Origin: Candidatus Wirthbacteria bacterium
Lineage (GTDB): Bacteria > Patescibacteriota > CG2-30-54-11
Length of the DNA: 64,000 bases
Direction of reading: 5' to 3'
Assembly (NCBI GenBank): GCA_903889905.1
Contig: CAISZI010000010.1
Coordinates: 1,464 to 65,463 of the forward strand
The number at the start of each line of letters is the position of its first letter. Within the stretch, counting starts at the first letter, position 1. Positions 17,792 through 26,286 of the stretch are shown here, in pieces. Under the pieces are notes generated by a model. That model worked only from the letters and a program-made list of their open reading frames with translations. It was not told the origin of the DNA and did not search any database. The position numbers were made by a program, and so were the translations under genes.

Positions 17792-20362
17792 ATGAATATA
17801 ATACAAAAAACAATAACAAAAATATTATTTCCGAAACTGGACGTTGACCGACTCAAAGGAAAACAGTCAGCGGATATCCCGACTACCAAAGAATTAAGAT
17901 ACCGAACGCTGCAAATAACGTTCAGCTTGTTAGCTTCGAGCATTGACTTTGATCAGATGGCGCAGGTGGTTGCTAATGCTATGGATGAACAGATGGATTA
18001 TTTCGGGGGTGTTTTTTTTATTGCAGACGATGAACATAAGCGATTAATACCTTGGGTCTACACCAGTTCACCAATAGTTGATCAAACGGTTAAATGGCTT
18101 AAAAAACCCTTCCGGGAACATGAGTATCTTTATACAGCGACTGAATCGGCGGCGGTAAAAGCCTTTCTTGAAAAGAAAATTTATGAATCCAATGATCTTA
18201 GTGAATTCTTAAGACCAGCAGTTGATGTTAGTTATGCCAAAAAAGTTATCAGGTTTGTTGGTATTAAATCGACAATAGCCTTGCCGATCTTGTTACGTGG
18301 AAAAGCGCTGGGAGTGGTTTTAATTAATTCGAGTAGAGAGAAAGCATCGGATGAAGAAATTGAGATGCTGAAGACTTTTACTGAACAGATCGCAATTGCG
18401 ATTCAGAATTCGAAACTTTTCCAACAAACCCAAAACCAAGTCAAACTCCTCGAATCCCAAAACCGCAACCTTTCCCTCCTCCAAAAAACCGAACAATTGG
18501 TTACCCATGGTTTAAATACTGACGTCAAAGAGTTGGTGCAAAAAATTCTGGATGATATTGTGGCAGCACTGCGGCCAGGTCTTGGACTGGCGTGGGTGGT
18601 GCAGGGGGATGAAAAGACGAAGGAAACACATATCGCAGCTCTTTCAAATAGTGCGGAAACCGTGGCGTTGGTGGAAAAACTTAAATTTGATCCGCTCGCG
18701 TTGGCATCGACTATGCCTCAAGACCATGCCCGTAAGGCCGGGCGCGCCAAAAAGGACAAAGTGTTTGTCTATGACGAATTTGAGCAGTTTTTGACACCGT
18801 TTGTGGGCGACAAGCCAGGACGGAAGCTGATCAAGGAGTTGGGACTGAAAAGCATGGCAGCGCTTCCTCTGGTTGCCGAAAACCAGAAACTGGGGATGCT
18901 GATGTTTGGGTTGCAACGTACGACGGCGGAAGTTACGGAGCAGGACAGACAGATGCTGGAAAGTTTTGCCAATATTGTCTCGATTGCTTTTGCCAATGCC
19001 GGCAATTTTAAACAGATCCAGGAAAAAAACCTTTACTTGTCGACGCTGCAGCGTGCCACGCAACAGATCATTCAGGGCGGCGTCAATTTCAAAGATGTGA
19101 CCCAGAAAATCGTCGATTCCATCCACGACGAAATGGGTTACCTCGGGGCCTTTATCCTGAGTTATGAGGAAGTGACCAATGAAGTGCGGCTGGCCGGGCA
19201 TTCGCGCGTTGCCATTATTGATGAACTGATGCAGAAGTTCCATCTGGATCCAGGCGTATTGCGCGGCACGGCCGACGATAGCGAATTAGGCGCGCGAGTC
19301 ATTTTAAAAAAAGAAATCGTGATTACCGACAAATTAAGCGACATCCTCGAACCGACAGTGCCGGACATGGTTTCGGATGTCTTTCAGAAGACGATTGGCA
19401 TCAAAAGCCTGGTGTCGTTCCCGATCATGACCGAAGACAAGGTGTATGGCATGCTGACGGTCGCACTGGACAAGCCCAAGGAACAGATTGGCATGAACGA
19501 GCTCGAAATGATGAAAGCGCTGACGCAAATGGACGCGATTGTGCTGCGGAACGGCCAGTTTTACAGCGAGATGCAGGAATCCAACAAAAAACTCCAGAAT
19601 GCCTACACCATGATCAACCAGCAACTCAATCAGCTGGAGGAAGCCAATAAACACCTGCAACAGCTGGACAAGGCCAAAACCGAATTCCTGTCGATTGCCT
19701 CGCATCAGCTCCGGACTCCACTCAGCGCTATCCGGGGATACCTCTCGATGCTGGATGATGGGGATTTTGGTGCGCTCTCGGTGAAGCAAAAAGAAGTTAT
19801 GAAGAAAACCCAGGATAACGTGGTGCGGCTGGCGTCGTTGGTCAAGGACCTGCTTAGCCTGGCGCGCATCGAAGCCGGCACCGGGCCCAAGGGATTGACG
19901 CTGGAATCGGTGGATATGCGCATCATGATTGACGATGTGGTGGATGAGGTGCTGCTCAAAGCCGCGGCCAAAGGACTGAACCTGGTCTGGCACCGCCCAG
20001 AGGAGGCTGTGATGCTGGAAATGGACAAGGAAAAGATTGAACAGGTGGTGACCAACATGATCGACAATGCCGTGTATTATACGCTTTCGGGCACGATTGA
20101 GGTGCATTTGCAGGACAAAGGCGCGCGTGTCATGTTTTGGGTCAAAGACAGCGGTATTGGGATTGAAAAGGAACACATCAACGATCTGTTTACCAAGTTT
20201 TATCGTAACGCCAATGCCATGAAAGTTCGCCCCGACGGCACTGGCATTGGGCTGTATGTGGCCAAAATCATGGTGGAAGCGCACCATGGGCGAATCTTTG
20301 TCGAAAGCGAAATCAATCAGGGCACAACTTTTTATGTGGAATTACCAAAACAACAAAAATGA
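17792..20362 (+). CDS. Cytoplasmic sensor histidine kinase, 3 GAF domains
   Basis: Three GAF-like repeats ending in IAIAIQN / SIAFANA / AIVLRN; ASHQLRTPL; N, G1, F and G2 boxes present. Confidence 0.93.
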   Translation: MNIIQKTITKILFPKLDVDRLKGKQSADIPTTKELRYRTLQITFSLLASSIDFDQMAQVVANAMDEQMDYFGGVFFIADDEHKRLIPWVYTSSPIVDQTVKWLKKPFREHEYLYTATESAAVKAFLEKKIYESNDLSEFLRPAVDVSYAKKVIRFVGIKSTIALPILLRGKALGVVLINSSREKASDEEIEMLKTFTEQIAIAIQNSKLFQQTQNQVKLLESQNRNLSLLQKTEQLVTHGLNTDVKELVQKILDDIVAALRPGLGLAWVVQGDEKTKETHIAALSNSAETVALVEKLKFDPLALASTMPQDHARKAGRAKKDKVFVYDEFEQFLTPFVGDKPGRKLIKELGLKSMAALPLVAENQKLGMLMFGLQRTTAEVTEQDRQMLESFANIVSIAFANAGNFKQIQEKNLYLSTLQRATQQIIQGGVNFKDVTQKIVDSIHDEMGYLGAFILSYEEVTNEVRLAGHSRVAIIDELMQKFHLDPGVLRGTADDSELGARVILKKEIVITDKLSDILEPTVPDMVSDVFQKTIGIKSLVSFPIMTEDKVYGMLTVALDKPKEQIGMNELEMMKALTQMDAIVLRNGQFYSEMQESNKKLQNAYTMINQQLNQLEEANKHLQQLDKAKTEFLSIASHQLRTPLSAIRGYLSMLDDGDFGALSVKQKEVMKKTQDNVVRLASLVKDLLSLARIEAGTGPKGLTLESVDMRIMIDDVVDEVLLKAAAKGLNLVWHRPEEAVMLEMDKEKIEQVVTNMIDNAVYYTLSGTIEVHLQDKGARVMFWVKDSGIGIEKEHINDLFTKFYRNANAMKVRPDGTGIGLYVAKIMVEAHHGRIFVESEINQGTTFYVELPKQQK

Positions 20363-22386
20363 ACGACACCTCACTTCCTCATGAGCAGCCAGACGAGAGC
20401 GTTTCTGAAACAACTATCGCCAAAACCGAATGGATCATCAAAAGTCCGCATCCGCGTTCGCACCGGTCGCATTCACTGCATCAGCAATTGGAGGAGCAGG
20501 CAGCACTACTCAAAAAACAAACACAATACTTTGGGCTGTTGCAGCAGGTTGAAGCCATGCTCACCGGCAGCAATGCTGGCGAGCTGAAAGTCGTGGTGAA
20601 CGACATGCTGGACGCGATGGTCAAAGTTCTGGCGCCCGACGTAGGCCTTGCCATGGTCGTCAGAAACAATGCCGAGAGTGTTGATGCCCAGGTGTTCGCG
20701 GTTGCGAACGCCAAAGCCACGGGCGCACTGTCCTCAACGCTCAAGGCCAAACCATTTGCCTACCGTGGTAAGCTGGATTTTTTGGACGCCAAGGAAATTT
20801 TTGGCCAGCAAAAGCATATTTATGCCAATGCTGAGGTCATTGAGGGCTTTTTGGACCTGTTTGGGCCTGGCGAAGCGTCGAAACTCAACCAGCAACTGGC
20901 GTTGCAAAGCGTGGCTGTGATGCCTTTGGCGTCTGCCAAAGAACAGTTTGGATTGTTGGTGTTTGGACTTGCCAGTGATCCCAATGAGTATAATGCACCC
21001 TGGTCTAAATTGTTGTCGGCGTTGGCGTCGGCAGTGAGCGTCGCCTTTGCCAATGCCGAAAACAACCAGAAACTCAGGGAAGAGGACTTGAACCTGATGA
21101 TCCTGCAAAATGCCACCAACCAGATTGTCCAGGGTGGAGTGAACTTTGACGAAATGAGCCAGAAAATTGTCGATGTGATTTATGAAGATCTGGGGTATTT
21201 GGGTGCGTTCATCCTGAGCAACGAACCGAATGGCGACATGCGACTCGCGGGACATTCTCGCATTCCGATCATTGATAAAATCATCAAGGAATTCAGTATT
21301 AATACGACAACGTTGAAAGGCACGGTGGATGACAGCGAATTCAGTATGCGCATTATCTGGGGCAAGGAAACGATTGTCACCGACAAGCTGAGTGACGTCA
21401 TTTCGCCTTCGGTGCCGATCATGATGGCGGATGTCATGCAAAAAATGGTGGGCATGAAAAGCCTGGTGTCGATGCCGATCATGGCGGAAGAGCAAGTGTT
21501 CGGAATGCTGACCGTGGGGCTCAACAAACCAAGGGAAATGATTTCAACCAGCGAACTCGAGATGATGAAAACCATGACACACATGTATGCGATTGTGCTG
21601 AGAAACGGCCAGTATTATGAGACGATCGAACAGAACAACAAATACTTGACGCAGCTGGATAAAGCCAAAACAGAGTTTCTGTCGATTGCTTCACATCAAC
21701 TGCGCACACCGCTTACGGCGATTGATGGCTACATGACTCTGCTGGGGGTCGGTGGCTATGGCGAGATGCCTGATCAGCAAAAGGAAGTGATTGGCAAAAC
21801 CAAGGAAAACATCCGTCGGCTGGTGACACTGGTCAATGATTTGCTTGGCTTGGCAAGAATTGAAACCGGCAGTAGTCTCAAAGGCGTGCTGGCGGCTGAA
21901 ATTGACCTGCGGGTGATCATTGACCGGGTTGTGGACGAGGTGAGCATGAAAGCCCAGAAAAAGAATGTGTCACTAGAGTGGGAACGCCCGGCCGGGGAAG
22001 TGAAAGCCTTTGTCGACCAAAGCAAAATGGAACAGGTTTTCGTCAATATCATCGACAATGCCGTGGATTACACCAAACAGGGTAAAGTGGTTGTGCAGCT
22101 GGAAAACAAGCCCCAGCGTATCCTGCTCAAGGTCAGAGACACCGGGATTGGCATTGACAAAGAAAGCCTGCAGCAGTTGTTTACCAAATTCCATCGTAGC
22201 CCCAACGCCCGCATCGTGCGACCCGATGGCACCGGTATCGGTCTGTTTATTGCCAAAATTTACGTCGAAGCCCACCAGGGCAAAATCCACGTTGAATCCA
22301 AAGTTGGCAAGGGAACCACGTTTACGGTGGAACTGCCGAAGAAGGAAAAGGAAGAGGGAACAGTGGAGGAGAAGGCGGGAAAATAG
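20359..22386 (+). CDS. Cytoplasmic sensor histidine kinase, 2 GAF domains
   Basis: Paralog of the preceding kinase; ASHQLRTPL, DTGIGI, GTGIGL; ATGA overlap with the upstream gene. Confidence 0.93.
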   Translation: MNDTSLPHEQPDESVSETTIAKTEWIIKSPHPRSHRSHSLHQQLEEQAALLKKQTQYFGLLQQVEAMLTGSNAGELKVVVNDMLDAMVKVLAPDVGLAMVVRNNAESVDAQVFAVANAKATGALSSTLKAKPFAYRGKLDFLDAKEIFGQQKHIYANAEVIEGFLDLFGPGEASKLNQQLALQSVAVMPLASAKEQFGLLVFGLASDPNEYNAPWSKLLSALASAVSVAFANAENNQKLREEDLNLMILQNATNQIVQGGVNFDEMSQKIVDVIYEDLGYLGAFILSNEPNGDMRLAGHSRIPIIDKIIKEFSINTTTLKGTVDDSEFSMRIIWGKETIVTDKLSDVISPSVPIMMADVMQKMVGMKSLVSMPIMAEEQVFGMLTVGLNKPREMISTSELEMMKTMTHMYAIVLRNGQYYETIEQNNKYLTQLDKAKTEFLSIASHQLRTPLTAIDGYMTLLGVGGYGEMPDQQKEVIGKTKENIRRLVTLVNDLLGLARIETGSSLKGVLAAEIDLRVIIDRVVDEVSMKAQKKNVSLEWERPAGEVKAFVDQSKMEQVFVNIIDNAVDYTKQGKVVVQLENKPQRILLKVRDTGIGIDKESLQQLFTKFHRSPNARIVRPDGTGIGLFIAKIYVEAHQGKIHVESKVGKGTTFTVELPKKEKEEGTVEEKAGK

Positions 22387-22483
22387 TTAAGAGGTCTAAA
22401 GTTTATCAAGTTGATAATCCTCATTCGCCAAGGCGCTTCCAACTTCGCATGGCTTCGGTGGACAGGAGTTTATTAAGCGATGG

Positions 22484-22514
22484 AAAGGGACGGAACAGTG
22501 TTCTGTCCCTTTTT
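22484..22514 (+). terminator. Intrinsic terminator after the kinase cluster
   Basis: AAAGGGACGGAAC-AGT-GTTCTGTCCCTTTTT. Confidence 0.75.
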
Positions 22515-22612
22515 AGTGCTTTTGACCCCAAAATGACACTAAATTGAGCCTTACTTAAGTTGCCTTCTGTGCGTAGGCTGGAGGCGCTTAAATTCTAGGG
22601 AAAGGGAGAGGC

Positions 22613-23992
22613 ATGTCCAAGTTCCGACTAAGTCTCAAATTAAAAGCAAAACAGCTGTGGCTGATCGGGTTGGTGGGAGTGCTGTTTGGGGGAGTCATGG
22701 TAGTGGGGACCGTGTCGGTGACGCAGGCGGCGAGTACGGCGCCGTATTGGGACAAAAGCGGGACGAGCGTGTTTTATAATGATGGGAATGTGGGGATTGG
22801 GACGAATACGCCGGGAGGTAAGTTGGATGTCAATACAGGAGCGTTGACTTTTAGTAATGGTGGTTATATTGACATGAACCGCGATGGCGGTATAAATAAA
22901 AATGGTATTTCGTGGTATTCCCTGACCTATCCTAGCTGGAGTACTTATATGGCTCCTCCAGGTGTAGGGATGGGACCACATGGAGATTTAACAGCGCCTT
23001 CAGGCAGTTTTGTTACAAGCTGGGGGCTGAGAAGTTATATTGAGAATTTGCCCGGATATGGTTGGACTTTTGAATCCGCAGCTAACACAACAACCCCGGC
23101 CGTTAAATTCGAAATTAACTCAAGCGATGGACTTTTTCACTCATTTGGTAGTGGAATCATTGATGGCAATTTAGGAGTTGGAACCTCAACTCCGCAAGCC
23201 AAGCTTGAAGTTGACGGCAATATAGTAATGAATGCAAATACGAATCCCGTTATTTTTATAGGTGTTGGGGGATCTGACAATGGAAGATATTTGCAGGTTT
23301 TAAATACTCCGCAGGTACAAGTAGCATCTGGTTTAAAGACAGGGGGGCTTTTGGTCGCTGATTATTACCCCTATGCCAATCCCGGTAAAAATGATTTGAT
23401 TGTGAAAGGAAACGTTGGTATTGGGACGGCTACTCCACAATCAAGGTTGGAAGTTAATGGAGATTTAACTTTTGACTCTGGTACAAACCCAATAATTTTT
23501 ACTGGCACTGGTGGAGCAGACAATGGAAGGTATTTACAGGTATTAAACACACCACAGGTACAGGTCGCGTCTGGGTTAAAAACAGGAGGACTTTTAGTCG
23601 CAGACTATTACCCATACGCCAATCCTGGCAAGAATGATTTGATTGTGAAAGGCAATGTTGGTATCGGTACCACCAATCTCGGTGCTTACAAACTCGCCGT
23701 GAATGGCACTATCCATGCCAAAGAAATCATCGTTGACAGCAACTGGGCCGATTTTGTCTTTGACAAAAAATATGCGCTGATGCCACTTAGTGACCTTGCC
23801 AATTATGTTGCACAGAATAGCCACCTTCCGGGAATGCCAACGGCTGACGAAGTGAAGCAAAATGGCGCCAACTTGGGTGATACGCAGGTTAAATTATTGC
23901 AAAAAGTCGAAGAGCTGAGCTTGTATGCGATTGATCAGCAAAATCAGATAGATCAGCTAAAGAATGAGATTGAGGCAGGAGGAATAAAATGA
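22613..23992 (+). CDS. Secreted GNVGIGT-repeat tail-fibre-like protein with chaperone-like/coiled-coil C-terminus
   Basis: Signal peptide; four GN(V/L)G(I/V)GT motifs; C-terminal YKLAVNGTIHAKEI..WADFVF..HLPGMPTA..KLLQKVEELSLY. Confidence 0.75.
   Translation: MSKFRLSLKLKAKQLWLIGLVGVLFGGVMVVGTVSVTQAASTAPYWDKSGTSVFYNDGNVGIGTNTPGGKLDVNTGALTFSNGGYIDMNRDGGINKNGISWYSLTYPSWSTYMAPPGVGMGPHGDLTAPSGSFVTSWGLRSYIENLPGYGWTFESAANTTTPAVKFEINSSDGLFHSFGSGIIDGNLGVGTSTPQAKLEVDGNIVMNANTNPVIFIGVGGSDNGRYLQVLNTPQVQVASGLKTGGLLVADYYPYANPGKNDLIVKGNVGIGTATPQSRLEVNGDLTFDSGTNPIIFTGTGGADNGRYLQVLNTPQVQVASGLKTGGLLVADYYPYANPGKNDLIVKGNVGIGTTNLGAYKLAVNGTIHAKEIIVDSNWADFVFDKKYALMPLSDLANYVAQNSHLPGMPTADEVKQNGANLGDTQVKLLQKVEELSLYAIDQQNQIDQLKNEIEAGGIK
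23276..23671 (+). repeat. Intragenic tandem duplication (243-bp period)
   Basis: A 51-aa identical segment is encoded at 23276-23428 and again at 23519-23671. Confidence 0.95.
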
Positions 23993-25401
23993 AAAAGCCA
24001 ACTCATCACGGATTTGTTTCGTATGGGATTTTCGGGGCACTATTATTAAGCTTTGTGTTATTTCAAACAGCATCGTCGGATATGAAAAAAGTAAATCCAA
24101 TCAGCGACGTTGTGACAACCCAAACATCTAGTCATACAATAGTCTCGAAAGACAAACAATTTGAAGACATCCCTGATGAACTACTTTCCTCAATTGAAAA
24201 TGAGATTGTCACAAATAAAGACATTGTTTTTCCGACTGATAATTATGATATCAAGTCAGTTCGGAAAAAAGGGGAAAATCTATTCCTTTCTCTTGGTTAT
24301 TTGGATGTCCCAGTAGATATCCTTCAAGCGCTCAATCGCGGGGAGATAACAAGCTGGGGGACGCCATTGCAAACTGTCTTGGCAAAACAAGATAAAAAGG
24401 GTGTTTGGAAAGTTGCATTGAGAAATACAAGCAAATTTGATGGCATGATTGATGAAATTTCAGATCAGGACATGCCTACTAAAGAAAAAAAAGCGTTCAA
24501 AAAAACGACAACGGATAAGCGGTCGGTTTTAAGTGAGTTTTTATTCCCAAGTGTCTACGCAGACGATAAAAATTACAAGTTCCCTTGGCCATCGGGTGTG
24601 AAATTTACACTTACTCAAACATGGCACTCATGTTATGCAACACAATCAAACTGTGCGCTGGATTTTGCTATATCAACAAGCAATGATGATGATCGAAGGG
24701 TATTAGCAAGTGAAGCTGGAACAATTACTGACATTTGCACAAAAGGGACTCAAACTGCCAACGTAACAATTGATCACAATGGCCAGACTTTTGATTATTT
24801 TCATATTGATAAAAGCAAACTTAATGCAGACATTAAGACAAACATGACAGTTCAGCAGGGGCAGATTTTAGGGGGATTGAAAGTTGGTGATGTTTACGAG
24901 TGGGCGCAACAAAAAATTAATGGTGTCTTACAATGGGATTCAAATCATCAACCAATTATGGAGAAAGTCTGGGATGGGTGTGGGATTGCGTTTCAACAAG
25001 GGGCACATGTCCACTTTCAATTAAGACCGTCCGAGGTAATTAATATGGATGGATGGGTATTGAACAAAACAAAAGATTACCTATACCCAGTGGGGATATC
25101 AGACGACCCCACAAAAACGGACAAAGAGGTTGGTCGGGCTGGCTTGAATAGTAAATTCACATCATCCAATAGTCCTGTCTCATCAAATATGTGTGATTCA
25201 ATTGTTCCTGACATGATCCTTTCTGGTCAAACATTTGCCCAGGGAGTAACATGCAAAGCGAATAGCACGATTACGACGGGGCCTCAACTTGTTGTAACAA
25301 GTTCTGGGAATATTACATTGATAGCTGGGGTGAAAGTGGCATTAAGTCCCGGGACTACTTTTCAATTAGGTAGCCGTGCTTTGGTAATGATTGGTCAATA
25401 A
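23989..25401 (+). CDS. M23-family metallopeptidase-like secreted protein
   Basis: YKFPW..LTQTWH..ALDF, VLASEAGTI, YFHI, VQQGQILG, GAHVHF; N-terminal TM; AT-rich. Confidence 0.75.
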   Translation: MKKPTHHGFVSYGIFGALLLSFVLFQTASSDMKKVNPISDVVTTQTSSHTIVSKDKQFEDIPDELLSSIENEIVTNKDIVFPTDNYDIKSVRKKGENLFLSLGYLDVPVDILQALNRGEITSWGTPLQTVLAKQDKKGVWKVALRNTSKFDGMIDEISDQDMPTKEKKAFKKTTTDKRSVLSEFLFPSVYADDKNYKFPWPSGVKFTLTQTWHSCYATQSNCALDFAISTSNDDDRRVLASEAGTITDICTKGTQTANVTIDHNGQTFDYFHIDKSKLNADIKTNMTVQQGQILGGLKVGDVYEWAQQKINGVLQWDSNHQPIMEKVWDGCGIAFQQGAHVHFQLRPSEVINMDGWVLNKTKDYLYPVGISDDPTKTDKEVGRAGLNSKFTSSNSPVSSNMCDSIVPDMILSGQTFAQGVTCKANSTITTGPQLVVTSSGNITLIAGVKVALSPGTTFQLGSRALVMIGQ

Positions 25402-25412
25402 ATGGAGACAAG

Positions 25413-26168
25413 ATGAGTAAAACATTATTTGTGATTTTATCATTATCTTTAATATTGCTATCGGCCTGTAATTCTACAACCAAAGATGAGGGGAAGTCTC
25501 CAGGTAATAACAACGAGGACAAGAAGGGGGAACAGCCATCTTCAATCCCTATCTCAATCCCCGTTCCATCGAATCAGTCAAAAGTTTTCACTTATTCCGA
25601 CTTGCCTGGTTTTAGTCTTGAATACGCATCAAATTGGGGAATAACCGTCAAAGACGCAAAAACTGCGGAACCTACTCTCGAGGTATTTCCCAACTCTGAG
25701 CGGTGTGGAACGGGTTGTTATCGCGTAATGATATCTCAAGGGAAAGTGACATTAAACTTGATGTTTAAACGGTTTGCTGGGGAATTCGTGCCACCGATTT
25801 GCTCAAATCAAGCTTCGTATATACTACTAGCAAATAATGAATGGGACAGGATAACCCATAGCAAAGGGATTTATTACTCCTCGTCAGCGCATATAACCCC
25901 AGATCAAGATACGGCCAAAGAATTTGATGATAGGTTCAAATTTGGAGCCGTTAATGATGAGTGGAGCTACCTGCCCAATACTAAATATCAGTTTTGTGAC
26001 AATCGTTATTATCTGTCTTTACCGCAATCGAAAAATGACAAGGCTGTTGTGGATATTTCTTTGGATGGGCTGATTTATCTTTATAGTCCGGTGATCATCG
26101 GGGCTCCTACTCTAGAGCAACTTACACAGATGGATAACATTGTTGCGAGTATTAAGGGGATTGAGTAG
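25413..26168 (+). CDS. Hypothetical lipoprotein
   Basis: Lipobox LLSAC; AT-rich. Confidence 0.75.
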   Translation: MSKTLFVILSLSLILLSACNSTTKDEGKSPGNNNEDKKGEQPSSIPISIPVPSNQSKVFTYSDLPGFSLEYASNWGITVKDAKTAEPTLEVFPNSERCGTGCYRVMISQGKVTLNLMFKRFAGEFVPPICSNQASYILLANNEWDRITHSKGIYYSSSAHITPDQDTAKEFDDRFKFGAVNDEWSYLPNTKYQFCDNRYYLSLPQSKNDKAVVDISLDGLIYLYSPVIIGAPTLEQLTQMDNIVASIKGIE

Positions 26169-26201
26169 ACAAAAATTTTTGGTGGCCAAATCAATAAAAC
26201 A

Positions 26202-26227
26202 ATAGACGCCTCAACAGGGGCGTCTAT
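26202..26227. terminator. Hairpin between convergent genes
   Basis: ATAGACGCC-TCAACAGG-GGCGTCTAT. Confidence 0.5.
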
Positions 26228-26256
26228 GCAGTTTTCGTCGGATCGTTGAGGGGGCT

Positions 26257-26283
26257 AGATGCTGAATCGAGTTCAGCATGACA
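26257..26283. repeat. Half copy of the GTCAT...ATGAC element
   Basis: AGATGCTGAATCGAGTTCAGCATGACA matches the right arm of the 38003 element. Confidence 0.65.
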
Positions 26284-26286
26284 TCC

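Noticed and set aside
19334-21495. Minus-strand ORFs of 317 and 253 aa
   Set aside because: Antisense to the histidine kinases.
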